A DNA stretch of 64,000 nucleotides, taken from positions 20,460,001 through 20,524,000 of the forward strand of contig OX597835.1 of assembly GCA_951406725.2 (NCBI GenBank), in the 5' to 3' direction. The notes beneath the pieces were generated by a model, which had not been told where the DNA came from, did no database searches, and was given only the letters and a program-made list of their open reading frames with translations. This document shows, piece by piece, positions 13,681 through 29,034 of the stretch (position 1 is its first letter; each line of letters starts with the position of its first letter). A program made the translations under genes and the position numbers. Source of the DNA: Octopus vulgaris. Lineage: Eukaryota.

Positions 13681-15249
13681 TGTATACATTATACATTTAT
13701 GCACACACATGCAAATATATGAATTTATTGAAAAAGATGTGCAAATGTATTTATTAGGCAGTTATTTACTTCGAAAGATAATGCATATATGCAGCGAAAA
13801 GATACACGCACAAATAGATTGAATTCATGTCCGAAAGAAATGTCGGTGTGCGTATATGATTGGATAGCTGTATAGTTGGAGTAATATATTCAGATAACCT
13901 TTTGAGTCGACATTTATGTTCTTTGATATATAAACAAGTGCATATACATGCCGGCGTTTATATATGTAAGCGCTATTGTTCTTGCGTATAGTATTTGGAG
14001 TTTATCAAATAGATGCATAAGTATACCTTCATTCGTGCATGCGATGCATATTAAATAGAATTGATGCATAATTGTAAACCTTTTCTGCTTGTGTCTATGT
14101 ACTCTGACCCCAAACCACAACGCAATCCCCTTTATTCTTCTGAGTAGCAGGACTAGATAAATGATTATTCGATCCTATATTGAAGGAATTCACTTCTTTC
14201 AAATATTTCCCTCCTATTCTACACAAGACTGAACAATCTACGCCAGCATTTCAATATTAGTTTTATGTTTATTTAAATAGAGGCGAGGTAAAGAACGGAT
14301 GTTAAAATTATTATTTCACGGATATTTGATGTCCATTTGATTTTCCGAGATAACTGCAGAATAGATTTCTGTACTCCATTGATATAGAAATTCTAAAGTC
14401 ATGGCTCTTTAGTTGATGTCTGTGAAGATTGAATAGTTTCTATTCAGAGCTATATATCTCTGGTTAACCATTCTATTTTATTCAGCTTGTTTACGATAAG
14501 GATAATATTCAAACTGGAACCCAGGTACTAGAATGGAACTATGCTGTATTACCTACTTATTTTCGGTATTAAAACGACGCAAATAAAACCGACTGTCTTT
14601 GATCGTAGTCTGACATTAGCAACACTTGTATAGTAAAACTGATATTCGCCATCTATATATCGAAATATTTTATCTCTGAATTGTTTAAATTCTGAATAAA
14701 TGGCTTTGATATTAACAAAGTGATACTAATATGTAACAAAGCAATTTATCGCTCCAACTTCGACTGTATAAACTATATCACAAAAATATCCATTGTTATG
14801 ACGATGCTGGTATTGCGTATATAAATATATACATAATATGTATATATATATATATATATGTATATATATAATATCTGTTTAGGATTGTAATTGATGTTGT
14901 CATATCAGAATGGATACTTGATATTTGTTGTTTGTGAGTTCATTATCTCAATGGTTCTATTTAGTATGTAGGGTTACAAGATATTAGATTGTAGCCATGG
15001 TGGGGCGCCGCCATCGGTTAGTGCCATACTGCAATGCATCTCAAAAAGATTGCTAGGATGGAGTATGTTGTTGTGAGGACTTAAATGCGGGTTGACAAAC
15101 TGGAATCGACATTTATGTTCTTTGATATATAAAAAAAATACGGCTTGCAAATTTTTAATTCTTCAAACATTAAACTGAGCACACACGAATTACACTGAGG
15201 CTAAAAAATTGTCCATCGATGACCAAAAATGAGCAAACATCTTTCGCTA

Positions 15250-15287
<38 letters not shown>

Positions 15288-15717
15288 GTGGCATCTTAAC
15301 GGTCGATTTAAAAACATTCGCTTTGCCTCTAGCATATGTAAGTTTTGTACAGTTAACACGAAAGTGACTATAATCGACGAATAATTTTTATTAGTCAATG
15401 CATCCAATATACTTCGTCCTATATTGCAATTAGTTTTATAGAAATTTCTGTCTAATGTGCAACTCTTCTAGAAAGGAACAAAGTGAAATAGTATCATTGT
15501 ATTGTGCATGAAACAAAATATTGCATATAATTTCTTTAAATATTTTGAAAATATACTGAGCACACAGACGGCATAAATTGTTGTGTTAAAGCTTCTATAA
15601 TTAAGCCAATTATACTTATAGCCTTATGTTCGCTTATAACTACATGTCACAATGTAATGCATTATATTCGATTTTTGCATCGATATATGTCGGAGGCTTT
15701 GATAGACAGAATGCGTA

Positions 15718-15943
15718 GTGTTGGCGGAAACGTTAGCATGCCGGGCAAAATGTTTAGCGGTATTTCGTCTGCCGCTACGTTCTAAGTTCAAATTCCGCCG
15801 AAGTCCACATTGCCTTTCATCCTTCTGGGGTCGATAAATAAGGTAGCAGTTACGCACTGGGATCGATGTAATCGGCTTAATACCTTTGTCTGTCCTTGTT
15901 TGTCCCCTCTGTATTTAGCCCACTATGAGCAATAATGAAATAA
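15718..15943 (+). mobile_element. SINE family D
   Basis: tggcggaaacgttagc...gttcaaattccgccg...ttgcctttcatcc. Confidence 0.85.
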
Positions 15944-16577
15944 GGTGTGGTATTGTGTGTGTGTGTGTATGTGTGTGTGTGTGTCTCCAACGTTTGTAAA
16001 CAAGTGTTGCTTTATTTAGTTCACCATAACGCAAACATTCGGTCCAAAAGACCGATAAAATAAGTTCTGAGATTGACTTGTTCCACTAAAAGACATCACT
16101 TCGTTGCTCTAACAATATATACATTGTCGCTGTCCAAGGCTTGAAACATTAAAAAAAAAACGAAAGGGAAAAAAATTGATGCACATTTGCATATATCACA
16201 TGATTATAAGTTTGATTATAAATTTGTCGTTCGGCAATTTTTTTCTTACAATACACACCACGATTTTAAATATTAATTCGCCTAGAACAAATGTTAACCC
16301 ATATCAGATAAAGTCTCAAAGGAATGTATTTTAAAAAAAAGTATATGGTAAATAAGAATATGAGACACACACTGATCAATATTCATTACAATCTTTTTAA
16401 AATATCGTTAAAAAATGTGGCAGTAACATTTTTTTGCTTCCTATTTCGAATTTCCTGCGCACTTTGAATAATTCTTAATTTCAGCCGCTGTTGTTTCAAT
16501 TTGTTTCTACAACAGTTTAAACAGATTGTATTTGGATTAACAGACTTTAATCAATTGAAATCAGAAGAATTTGATAT

Positions 16578-16663
16578 AATCAAGCATTGGTTGTAAAAGA
16601 GATGTTTGACGGTTGCACTTAATCAAGCATTGGTTGTAAAAGAGATGTTTGACGGTTGCACTT
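16578..16663 (+). repeat. Perfect 43-bp tandem duplication
   Basis: aatcaagcattggttgtaaaagagatgtttgacggttgcactt x2. Confidence 0.95.
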
Positions 16664-16789
16664 ATATCCGTGTGTGTGTGTGTGTGTGTGTATGTAGTGA
16701 ATACGTATGTTTCTATAAACACATATGTGTATGTATATCAATGCTGTTGTGCACAACATAGGTAGCAGAGCTGGGTAGATTTAGCTTAC

Positions 16790-17173
16790 TGGAAGCACTC
16801 CGTCGGTTACGACGACGAGGGTTCCGGTTGATCCGAATCAACGGAACAGCCTGCTCGTGAAATTAATGTGTAAGTGGCTGAGCACTCCACAGATACGTGT
16901 ACCCTTAACGTAGTTCTCGGGGATATTCAGCACGACACAGAGAGTGACAAGGCCGGCCCTTTGAAATAAAGGTACAACAGAAACAGGAAGTAAGAGTGAG
17001 AGAAAGTTGTGGTGAAAGAGTACAGCAGGGATCACCACCATCCCTGCCGGAGCCTCGTGGAGCTTTAGGTGTTTTTCGCTCAATAAACACTCACAACGTT
17101 CGGTCTGGGAATCGAAACCGCGATCCTACGACCGCAATTCCGCTGCCCTAACCACTGGGCCATTGCGCCTCCA
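16790..17173 (-). mobile_element. SINE family B with TSD
   Basis: TSD taggtagcagagc at 16759-16771 and 17175-17187. Confidence 0.92.
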
Positions 17174-18147
17174 CTAGGTAGCAGAGCAGCCTATTATCAA
17201 AGCATTCTATCCATGACCATCTCGCTGCACCAATGGAGTAGAGTATCTGAATTATTCTTTCATTCAGTTTGTTTGAGGTGTACAAGATGTGATATTTTAA
17301 GCTAGCATAGCTTCTTATTTCTAGAAGTTCGGTTGAACGAGTAGTTGTGCCATTTGCCAACATTACATCGCGTCGCAGCTTTCTCTTGTACATGGCCTAG
17401 TGGTATGCACTCAGCATACGAAACGAATCGGTAAAACCCATAGTATTTAGAAAACATCGCTACTTTTACTACACTGCACAGCCATACATAGGTATATCTA
17501 CGTATGTGAACGGGTAACCAACATTCGCATATACCTTGTAAAGTATTCTCATTTTCAACATAATTAAACTTTTAAAAACTGAACGATTTTTGAAAGACTT
17601 ATAATGCCTCAGTCACAGTCCAATAGAACGAATATACTATACAAATATTTGCTGTACAGATCCCAAAGTGGGTTGGTACAAACCAGCTTAAAATATAAGC
17701 GCCAACATTCTTACAACTGTTCCTGTATAAAACTTCAAACTAATAACGCATCCCTTGAGACAATTACAGTTACTAGCATTACGTTTATAAAAGAATGAGA
17801 ATATGTCGAAAGAACAATGATAAGACAGCTTTTCCATATAGGTCCTAATATTGCATGAAATCTTGGTTAACGTACTATGGCTCTCTTTTCTATCTGTGAA
17901 ATTAACATATTACAAAATGGAATTGATCTGCAGCTGTTGAATGTAGCTTTTTCAGTTTAACATGTCTCCCGACAATATTGGTTTTGCACCTAATCAAAAG
18001 CAATAAGTACATTAATGATTTAGATTTAAATAACAATGCCAATAGCATCTATGTGTGTGTGTGTGTTGGTATTTTGAGTACATGTTCAAGTAAATCTCTC
18101 TCTTCTTCACTCTGCCTCTCTCTGTATATGTGTGCGTACAAACACAA

Positions 18148-18259
<112 letters not shown>

Positions 18260-18383
18260 TATGCATACTTACGGATATACATGAAGAATCATACACATTT
18301 ACATAAATATATTTGCATATACATGAACGTATCCCCATAGAAAAATACATAGATATATACATATATATGCATATATATAGATG

Positions 18384-18459
<76 letters not shown>

Positions 18460-18487
18460 TATATGTGTATATATATATATATATGTT

Positions 18488-18568
<81 letters not shown>

Positions 18569-19011
18569 TTAAACATATGCATACGTACCGATATATGCAC
18601 CGATCTTGGCTTGGCATTGTTCTCCTACGCAGACTACAGAATTCCAGCCTGGTATGACTCTGCATATATTCTAGTTAACGCAAAATGAAAAATCTCTTAA
18701 TCGCTCCGTTTGAAAACAAATACCAATTATTTGAACGACTACAAAGCGATACAAAATGCCCATCGTGAAATCTATGGGAGAAGGATAAGTTACAAATTAA
18801 AAGCTGACCATGACTTCAAAGAGAATTTAGAGAGAAATGAAAGAAGCAGAAAATGGGAAGAGAAAGATAATTAATCACGTGGTTATTATAAAATAACTAA
18901 GCAGAAAATAATAGCTTTATTTTATGAGTTCTCTGCTGCACGGAAACGGCAGTGAAGGCAGTAATAAGTGGCGATATCTTTTATGGGTTATTGAATATGT
19001 ATGTACCTATG

Positions 19012-19064
<53 letters not shown>

Positions 19065-19124
19065 GTTAGCATATGAGTACTATGTGCGTTAGCAATGAGA
19101 GAAAATTGGTGGGTGTATGTATGG

Positions 19125-19170
<46 letters not shown>

Positions 19171-21239
19171 ACACACATATATACATACATAAAGATATAC
19201 ATACATAAAGATATAAAGATGCATTCCTATTCATAAGCTGGAGAAATAGTAGCTAACCGTGTATAAACTCCTACATAGACAAATACACTGAATGTCAGAC
19301 GGACAAGAGCTCAAAGATATACTTAACCTCCAACACTGATGCAAATTCACATATAATCATATAAAAACGAATATTCATTTATATATTTACGTATTTATTA
19401 CAAGGTTAGCTCATATAAACCAATGTTCTGAAGTATGTATGACTCATCTGACACAAAATATATAAAATTTATTGTACAGTCCTGTCTATATGTTTTGAAT
19501 ATATCTCAATAAGTATATGCTTTAATCGACTTGTGTATATGGAATTATGCAAATGCTTAATTAATAATCAAACATTAGCCTATTTAATGCTCGAACATTA
19601 ATAAAAAATATATACGCTGAGAAACGGTGACATCAGTCAAGGTAGAGCAGATAACTTCGGACGATTCTCTATCAGACATGGGCGTCGTCGGGTTCTATCA
19701 GACAACTTTGAGACGGGAAAATGAATAATGGAAAATGCTTAAGTTTATTCATTATAATGTCTGATCTTTGGTGTACAAAACCATAATCGTTGACAGAATG
19801 CTCGCAGAGAAGCCTGTTGTCTGAAAACAAGCTATAATTTTGTGTGCGTGTGTAGTATCTGGGTATGTTTAATTGTAAATAATGTATAATTAAATCGTTG
19901 TCATTTCTAATACTTATTCTAATCAATGTTAAAGAGTATTTTCTTCTGTATAAAAATTTAAATAATTTTGTCGTAAATCTATGTGTCCTGGGGCAAAAGA
20001 TACTCATTTGTCTATACTTTACCTGAACTGAGGTACATTTGCTGAATAGGTAGAATCCGTGGAGACTGAATAGAAATCAATTCTAAATTCAATGTTTAAA
20101 ATATTTAATCATTGTTTTAAATTCAATCTTATAAAATGAGTTTTGATGAGTATAAAATTGCATTATAATTGCACTAATTTTTTTCTTCCCCATCCGTCCC
20201 TGTACCCCACGGTGCATATGTTTCTGTTTCTTATTTGCTTACCAAAACCCAAACTGTTCACCGTATCCAAAAATAATTGAAACATGTCTTCAAAGATCAC
20301 TCTGCTGGCGTCGAATTACTTACTTCACAAGACTAATAAGTAGTTGCAAATAGTTAAATATTTTTACCCCATTAGGAAATTTTAGTGGCGAAAGTTAGGT
20401 TGGATTTCAGCTTAAAAGGAAAAATAATCTTTGATTTTAAATACTTTGATTTTCTGCTCTTTTAATGAAAACATGCATTGAGGAACGGTATTACTGCTCC
20501 GTTACCAAAGTTGAAGATGTGTATGAGATAACTGCTGTGATGATATCGGATAGGAAAGCAACGCCACTAAAAACACTTTAGCGTTCATTGCTGATAAGAA
20601 GAAAATGACGTAGACTTTGATTTACCATATTACTTGAAATGTTTGAAGTTATAAACACGAAATATCCATGTTAGATGTTGACATTTTCGCCATTGCTTTC
20701 ATAGAAGATACGAGAGAAGTGCCTGGAGATATTAAAAACTGATTTAGAAGTATACGCTGCCAGTGAATTTGAGCAACCTTAGTGATATCGGCCAAATGTT
20801 TGTACTTTTAGCCATTGGTTTATAATACGAAACAGTGAAAGGAAGCATACACGGAAACCGATATATTTAAAATAACATATGTGTAAACACAAATCAAGAT
20901 ACACCGCCATCTGATAACTATTGTGCTTGATATTACATCCCAAAATGGACTTGCAGTGTGGCCAGTCATATTCATAGGTATAGAATTAAGCGTGGCTGTG
21001 TGATAAGAAGCTCTTGTATCTGTGCATCCAACCACATGATTCCAGGCTCATGGTGACTTGTAAACTAAATATTAAAACCAGCAATAGCTGTTGACCATGT
21101 GGATAATTTGCTTATGAGGTTTTATCATCGCTCAAGGCGAGCACTCGATGCGCACCTCTAATCTGTTACGTTTATCACTCAAACATGATATGTTATCAGT
21201 GAAACCACCGTATTTTGGTACTACAGTTTGTAAAGCAAT

Positions 21240-21633
21240 ACTCTTTTTACTCTTTACTCTTTTACTTGCTTCAGTCATTTGACTGTGGCCATGCTGGAGC
21301 ACCACCTTTAGTCGAGAAAATCGACCCCGGGACTTATTCTTTGTAACCCCAGTACTTATTCTATCGGTCTCTTTTGCGAACCGCTAAGTGACAGGGACGT
21401 AAACACACCAGCATCGGTTGTCAAGCAATGCTAGGGGAATAAACACAGACACACAAACACACACATACATATATATATTTACATATATACGACAGGCTTC
21501 TTTCAGTTTCCGTCTACCAAATCTACTCACAAGGCTTTGGTCGGCCCGGGGTTATAGCAGAAGACACTTGCCCAAGATGAACCCGGAACCATGTGGTTGG
21601 TTAGCAAGCTACTTACCACACAGCCACTCCTGC
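21240..21633 (-). mobile_element. SINE family A
   Basis: Reverse complement of the family A pattern, with a small internal deletion. Confidence 0.9.
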
Positions 21634-22028
21634 TTCTTCACTAAGGCAAATATATATTCGCTTTATAGAATTTATTTGAAAGTGAAACTGCTGCTTGGAG
21701 CGGGAGACAACGAGCCAAATTACTGCTAACATGTACATTTGATTCATCGGCATTACATCACAAAGCAACATGTAAATGTTATAAGTGCAAATAGCTATTG
21801 AATTTTACATTTCCTGGTAATAGTCATGTACTGATCTGTAGACATCATGGCACTATACCAATTGTGGAATTAGTATGTCAACAGTAACAGCCGTTCATCG
21901 TGTAACTTACAACCAACGATCTTATGTAAAGCCAATGTGTATCTGCACAGCATTTAGTAGTTAAGTACTACTACTACAGTTCTATAGAAATACTATTATA
22001 TAGTGACATATCCTTTTATATAGTAATG

Positions 22029-22412
22029 TGGAGGTGCAATGGCCCAGTGGTTAGGGCAGCGGACTCGCGGTCATAGGATCGCGGTTTCGATTCCCAGACC
22101 GGGCGTTGTGAGTGTTTATTGAGCGAAAACACCTAAAGCTCCACGAGGCTCCGGCAGGGGATGATGGTGATCCCAGCTGTACTCTTTCACCACAACTTTC
22201 TCTCACTCTTACTTCCTGTTTCTGTTGTACCTGTATTTCAAAGGGCCGGCCTTGTCACTCTCTATGTCACGCTGAATATCCCCGAGAACTACGTTAAGGG
22301 TACACGTGTCTGTGGAGTGCTCAGCCACTTACACGTTAATTTCACGAGCAGGCTTTTCCGTTGATTCGGATCAACCGGAACCTTCGTCGTCGTAACCGAC
22401 GGAGTGCTTCCA
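22029..22412 (+). mobile_element. SINE family B with TSD
   Basis: A-box tggcccagtgg, B-box gtttcgattcc; TSD tatatagtaat at 22017-22027 and 22415-22425. Confidence 0.92.
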
Positions 22413-23208
22413 AATATATAGTAATATTTCAGTTACAGATTATGCATGGGTACGTGCTACCCATTAGGCAAATAGATACTGATAAAATACAAGCCATTAC
22501 AGAAGCAGATACCGATTGAAATGTACGCGACAACGACGTACATGATAAAAGTATTGGCGACAAAAATGTCGAGTAGAAAAAAAATTTTGTGCTTATGTTA
22601 CCAAAATGGCAGCATCGCAAGAAACGATCTCAAGAGAACAAACAAATAAATAAAAGAATATATAAATAAGTAAAAAAAAAATACGTGACTAAGCAATCAC
22701 GGATTGATCACTACACCCTACTGCACGCTATTATGTCTTGTTAATTGATACGTAATTATCCACGGTCCACTAGAGAGAGATATCACATTTGCTACTTCTG
22801 CTTAATGCAACATGACATTGACTGAACTGACAAACAAAAGTAATGTGAATTGTCTATGATAAAATAATGCATGAGCTGAAAAAAGTCCCTGAGTGGCAGA
22901 GAAAGAAAGATTTTAAGTAGAAATGGGAAATGTGAAATGAAAGATCGTGTCAAAAATTGCGTTCCTTAGGAAATTAATGTCACATGACATGAGAGTGGTA
23001 TCATCAAATACGAATATATATAACCATATATAAATATGTATGCATATAAGCAAAGCGAAAAAAATTGAGAGATACATACACACACGTAAATACAACATAT
23101 ATTTTACATGTGTGTGTGTATATATATATATATATATACACGATGAGAGAGAGAGGGATTTCTGCTCATTGTCATATGTATAGGGGAAAAGAGAGAGACG
23201 AACAGAAA

Positions 23209-23269
<61 letters not shown>

Positions 23270-23304
23270 TCTGCACCTCTTATTCTATATATCTATCTAT
23301 CTCT

Positions 23305-23374
<70 letters not shown>

Positions 23375-23403
23375 CTGATTTCTCCATATACACACACACA
23401 CAC

Positions 23404-23441
<38 letters not shown>

Positions 23442-23471
23442 GAGCACATATTTCTCTGACTTTCTCCATAT

Positions 23472-23554
<83 letters not shown>

Positions 23555-23770
23555 TAGATAGATAGATAGATAATAGATAGATATATGTACATATATATGT
23601 ATATATATTTGTGCGTAAGTGTGCATACAAATTAATATTGAATATATAAAGGGTTGATGCACGCCTCTGTACATCTACATAGGTCACAGTTATTCTCTTC
23701 TCTCTGTCACACGTACAGAGGCACAAATACATATTTATATGAGATATAAATATACTAGATATTCTATCAA

Positions 23771-23909
<139 letters not shown>

Positions 23910-24327
23910 ATATAAACGTGCTTATAACGTATATTATGTGAATGGTATGTACCTACATACACTCTCTCATACATTACTAATATATATAAATATATACACA
24001 CATACTCCTTTCTAAACAAACAATGCTTTGCTTTTTTCTTCCTCCAATATACTTTGTTATTATTTTCCCATTATATATTTTAAAATCTCGTTAGTGTTAC
24101 AAATTTTCCTGATTAATCTTTTATTTATGATGAATAATTATAATTCTTAACCACTTGTGGCGTAATGTTATTGCCAAAAATTGTAATTATTGAGTATATT
24201 TGCATAAAAGACAATAATTTAAAGAGGCAATAAATATTTTGTGAGTACGTTTTCCAAAGTGTGAGAGAAAAATAAAATTTATCTTATGTTTATATATATA
24301 TTATATATATTCATATATAAACATACA

Positions 24328-24373
<46 letters not shown>

Positions 24374-24374
24374 G

Positions 24375-24437
<63 letters not shown>

Positions 24438-25250
24438 TGTCTGTATATGTGTATCCATACATTTACATACATATACCTACCTTTATATATGTAAACTTAT
24501 CTATATGCACACATACGCATATATACATATATATATGCGGATATATACTGACATATATATTTGTAAGTATACATGTATATGTGTATATTATATACCCATA
24601 CAATTATGTGTTAGTGTATATCTTTATTGGTTTGTGTATATGCTTATGTGTTTGTATATAATTGATTTCTTTCATATTTGTTTTTTATTCTTGAAAATAT
24701 CTAATAGAATATTAAAAACGTTACAGAAATGTTAATTGGTCTGACTTTTCACTTTTCCCAACCGTAGCCAATGTCTAGGTGATTATAATTACGACAATCA
24801 AGATGTTTTGTCATGCAGTATTTAATTAAACATTAATTAATTTACTATAGAACAACTAGCAGATGTTTAAGGCCAACTGGATAAGTTCTTGAACTTTTCA
24901 ACTAAATGCTCTACAAAGTTTGTCACAAAATTATATAATGTACCAGGTTCATTTGAACTACCACGTCAATAGAAGTGTTTCGTACATTTGATAGCTGCGT
25001 GGTTAAGAAACCTGCTTTGCAACGACGTCTTTTCGAGCGCTGCCTAAACTCGGGCGATATCAGGCAAGTATTTTCTGTTATATTTCCGTACCAACCAAAT
25101 ACGACAGAAACTGTACGAAAGCCTATGGGACATACATACATATACATACATTCATACATACTTATATATATATATATAGAGAGATACATTAATCCATATA
25201 TTCATGTAATTATACATGCAGCCATACATATGTATTTGCATACACACATG

Positions 25251-25490
25251 TGGAGGCACATGCCCTAGTGGTTAGTGCAGCGGATTAGCGGTCGAGGGAT
25301 CGCGGGTTCGAATCTCAGACCGGGTGATGTGTGTGTTTATGAGCGAAACACCTGAGCTCCACGCGGCCCCGGCAGAAGCTTAATGGGGACCTTCTGCTGA
25401 CTCTTTGGCCACAACTTTCTCTGACTCTTTCCGCCTGCATTTTGCAGTTCACCTGCGACGGACCGGCGGACCCGATGCGCCAATGACGAA
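25251..25490 (+). mobile_element. tRNA-derived SINE family E (head related to family B)
   Basis: tggaggcacatgccctagtggttag...ggttcgaatctc...gagcgaaacacctgagctccacg; homolog at 50982-51246. Confidence 0.8.
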
Positions 25491-25845
25491 ATACATAATG
25501 CAGATGTGTGAGGGTATATGTATGTGTTTGTGTCTCTATGTGCATGTGTCTGTGCCTGGGTGCGTATATGTATGGGTGTATATAGGGGTGTGTGTATGGC
25601 ACCGCATGGGAAACATTATATGAATACTCAATGCCATGAATGCACAATCCATTGGACCATGTTTGACCTCAAAATATGTGAAATATATACAAAGCTACGC
25701 AATTGTGTGCACATATGTGCAACGAATTCGAACAGTTATGTGCAAACACTTCTGTTAATGCAGGTGTGAGTGTGTGCACATATTCATGAATATACTGCAT
25801 TGATGTACAGGTGTATATACGTGCGCATCTTATTCTTATCTAGTG

Positions 25846-26166
25846 AGGGCGCGTGGCTTAGTGGTTAGGGCATTCGGCTCATGATCGTAAGGTTGTGAGT
25901 TCGATTCCCGGCGACGCGTTGTGTCCTTCAGCAAGACACTTTATTTCACGTTGCTCCAGTCCACTCAGCTGGCAAAAATGAGTTGTACTTGTATTTCAAA
26001 GGGTCAGCCTTGTCACTCTCTGTGTCACGCTGATTATCCCCGAGAACTACGTTAAGGGTACACGTGTCTGTGGAATGCTCAACCATTTGCACGTTAATTT
26101 CACGAGCAAGCTGTTCCGTTCATCGTATCAGCTGGGACCCTCGTCGTCGTAACCGGCGGAGTCTTT
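25846..26166 (+). mobile_element. tRNA-derived SINE with CORE-like domain and family-B 3' tail
   Basis: A-box tggcttagtgg, B-box gttcgattcc, gtgtcctt.agcaagacacttta CORE-like segment; TSD attcttatcta at 25832-25842 and 26168-26178. Confidence 0.85.
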
Positions 26167-26782
26167 AATTCTTATCTATAAAGGTGAAATTGTTCAGAGC
26201 TGATGCAAGGAAGATATCAATTAGGAGTACTTGCCCGTACTTTTTTTTTTATTTTTAAACATTTATTCTAAAATCTCGCAGTCTCTCATCTAGCTGGGTC
26301 GTATTCTCATCCGACAGGGATATGAGTGCCATCGATCCAATGTAATAGGCTTGATAAGAGCTCAGTATTCACAGCATGAAACCAATAGTAGCCTTGTCGA
26401 CCGACCAATAAAGATATTTATTAACCAATGCTGTGTTCAGCATTCATTCTCACTTTATTTGATACTACATACATGCTCACACACACATACACATACGTGT
26501 GGTATTTTAATCCTCATTACGCTGTGGTTTATGTAACGTGTTGCTTTGCTCTTGTTGTTTTTACAAGTATTCATTCCCTTTGTTAATGATTAGCAAACGA
26601 AAATAAATTATTTCCGACGTACAACTCCTCCGGGAAAATAATGTTGTAACGGTTAATCTTTTATTGTAATTACTAACGAAACACATGTACAGACACATGT
26701 GTGCAACTTCATATACATGTGCAGGTTTATAATTCTCTCTCTGCTCTCTCTCTGCTCTCTCTGTATATATATATTAGAAGTA

Positions 26783-27098
26783 TCTGTGTGCTAAGTAGCT
26801 TGCTTACGGACCACATGGGTCCGGGTTCAGTCCAACTGCGTGGCACCTTAAGCATGTAACTTTTATTAGGTGGCGAACTGGCAGAAACGTTAGCACGCCG
26901 GGCGAAATGCGTAGCCGTATTTCGTCTGCCGTTACGTTCTGGGTTCAAATTCCGCCGAGGTCGACTTTGCCTTTCATCCTTTCGGGGTCGATAAATTAAG
27001 TACCAGTTACGCACTGGGGTCGATGTAGTCGACTTAATTCGTTTGTCTGTCCTTGTTTGTCAACTCTGTGTTTAGCTCCCTGTGGGTAGTAAAGAAAT
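26783..27098 (+). mobile_element. SINE A head fragment followed by a full SINE family D copy (26868-27098)
   Basis: Family D head ggcgaactggcagaaacgttagc, Meta-domain-like gtcgactttgcctttcatcctttcggggtcgataaattaagtaccag; tattagg at both ends. Confidence 0.88.
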
Positions 27099-27783
27099 AT
27101 ATTAGGTTTGTCCTTATGTGGTAATTGCACGAAACCACGTGAGAAATGACAGCAAGCTTGATATATTCTAGAGACCAGAGAAGCGCAATAGGTATCATTG
27201 ACAATGACTAGTATATAGATAGACAGACAGGCAGACAGACAGCTGGACGGACGGATGGATGGGAAGATGGATAGGTGAATGGAAAGTTATACACTCACAT
27301 ATATGTTAGATACACGCTGTCATACATCTATGTGTGTGTGGATATATATGTATGAGTGCGTATCTGCTGTGTGCGAGCGACGGAGAAGGACAGGGCGACA
27401 AAGAAAGATGATAGACTCAAAGAGGGAAGAAAGAATCGAATAGAGAAAGCAAATTTGTTTATAACATTTATCAAAGAATATTAACTCGGAAACTATCTGA
27501 GAGTGGATATTCCACATAAGCAGTGTTTCTCTTCGAATAATAAATAAGAGATTTGCTATGTTACTGTTTGTGTTCTGTTTTTCCGGATTTCCGAAAAGGC
27601 ATTTCCAGTGATATGCGTCAATTCTGGTAATCTTATTATGGAATAATACGAAATTGGCAATAAACTCGCAACACAAATTGCAAACACTGACTGCATGATT
27701 TCTCAATGTACCGTCAATATGCACGTAGCACACGTTACTGGCTTGCATGAAACTGCTGCAAGCAACATATAGCTTGCTCTCAC

Positions 27784-27992
27784 TTAACCCTCAAGCATTC
27801 ACATTATTCTGTCATACGAAATGCTTATATATTCACATTGATTTGATTTTATCATACATTATCTTGTAGCGTTGAGATTTTCATGATATGACTATTTATC
27901 TATAGAATAACATTGCACGCTAGGTATGAGGGGCCTGATTGGTTTGAACATAAAGCATGTAGGATATTTGTGCTAGCTATGTCATGCTTAAT
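27784..27992 (+). mobile_element. Degenerate piggyBac-like MITE
   Basis: TTAA|CCC start (ttaaccctcaagcattca); right end decayed (atgcttaa). Confidence 0.4.
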
Positions 27993-28406
27993 TATTATAG
28001 TTGTAAATTATCAAATGTTTACAAGATGACTTTACCACCGCTGGTACAGAGATGTCTGCAGTTTGCCATTGGCTCATGAGATGCCATTTCCTCTAAGCAT
28101 CGCCTGACAAGTTTGTTTCTTTATTCATATTGTATTCCCCTCCTACATATCACCTTATCTATCCAATTAGACAAATCATTCTTCTACACATCGAATTAGC
28201 TTTTGCATATGGTCTTCCTACAGCCAGAAGCTTGAAATATTTAAAAAGCTCAGCGGACTATATATATATAATATAATGAGATATTTGTATAATAACGCTA
28301 CTAGATAATGTATGATAAAATCAAATCAATGTGAATATATAAGCATTTCGTATATATAGTTATACAAATAGAAATGTATAACTATATATATGTATATATA
28401 TCTATG

Positions 28407-28457
<51 letters not shown>

Positions 28458-28994
28458 GTGTATATGTGTGTGTATGTGTATATATATATATATTTTTTTT
28501 TTTCGATTAGATTTATTATTATTACTAATATTGTTGTTATACATACATACAAGCGTATGTACTGATAATAATGGGTGGATGTAAACACATGAACAAAATT
28601 AGAACAAAAGCAACAACAACAAAAACAAAATACAAACTACAAAATACAAAATACAAATTACAAGAATGTATATTAACAGAAGATACAAATAGTACAGGCA
28701 TCCCCCTCACACACACACTAAATAAACATAGACGCACATAGAGATATAAGCATGCGCAAATGAAGACGTAGAATATAAATACAAAATGGCTGTCGGTTAG
28801 TAAGGAGAGACACAAATAAGTGAGAAGAAAACAAAGGACCACTGATGTGGTCACAGGAGTGTGACGAAAGAACTTTGGCCGAAATAAGATTAAGATTAAT
28901 GTAAAAAATAAATATCACTGAAGCAAAATAACACCAAATATATAGTGCGTGTGTTTTTATTGGCTAAACTGGCAATATGACCATTCCGAAATAT

Positions 28995-28997
<3 letters not shown>

Positions 28998-29034
<37 letters not shown>

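Noticed and set aside
18618-18658. Possible 19-nt micro-exon (ttctcctacgcag|...|gtatga)
   Set aside because: Splice-like signals alone are common by chance; no supporting neighbouring exons are visible.
22029-22100. tRNA-like sequences at SINE heads
   Set aside because: They continue into SINE bodies and lack proper acceptor stems, so they are not tRNA genes.
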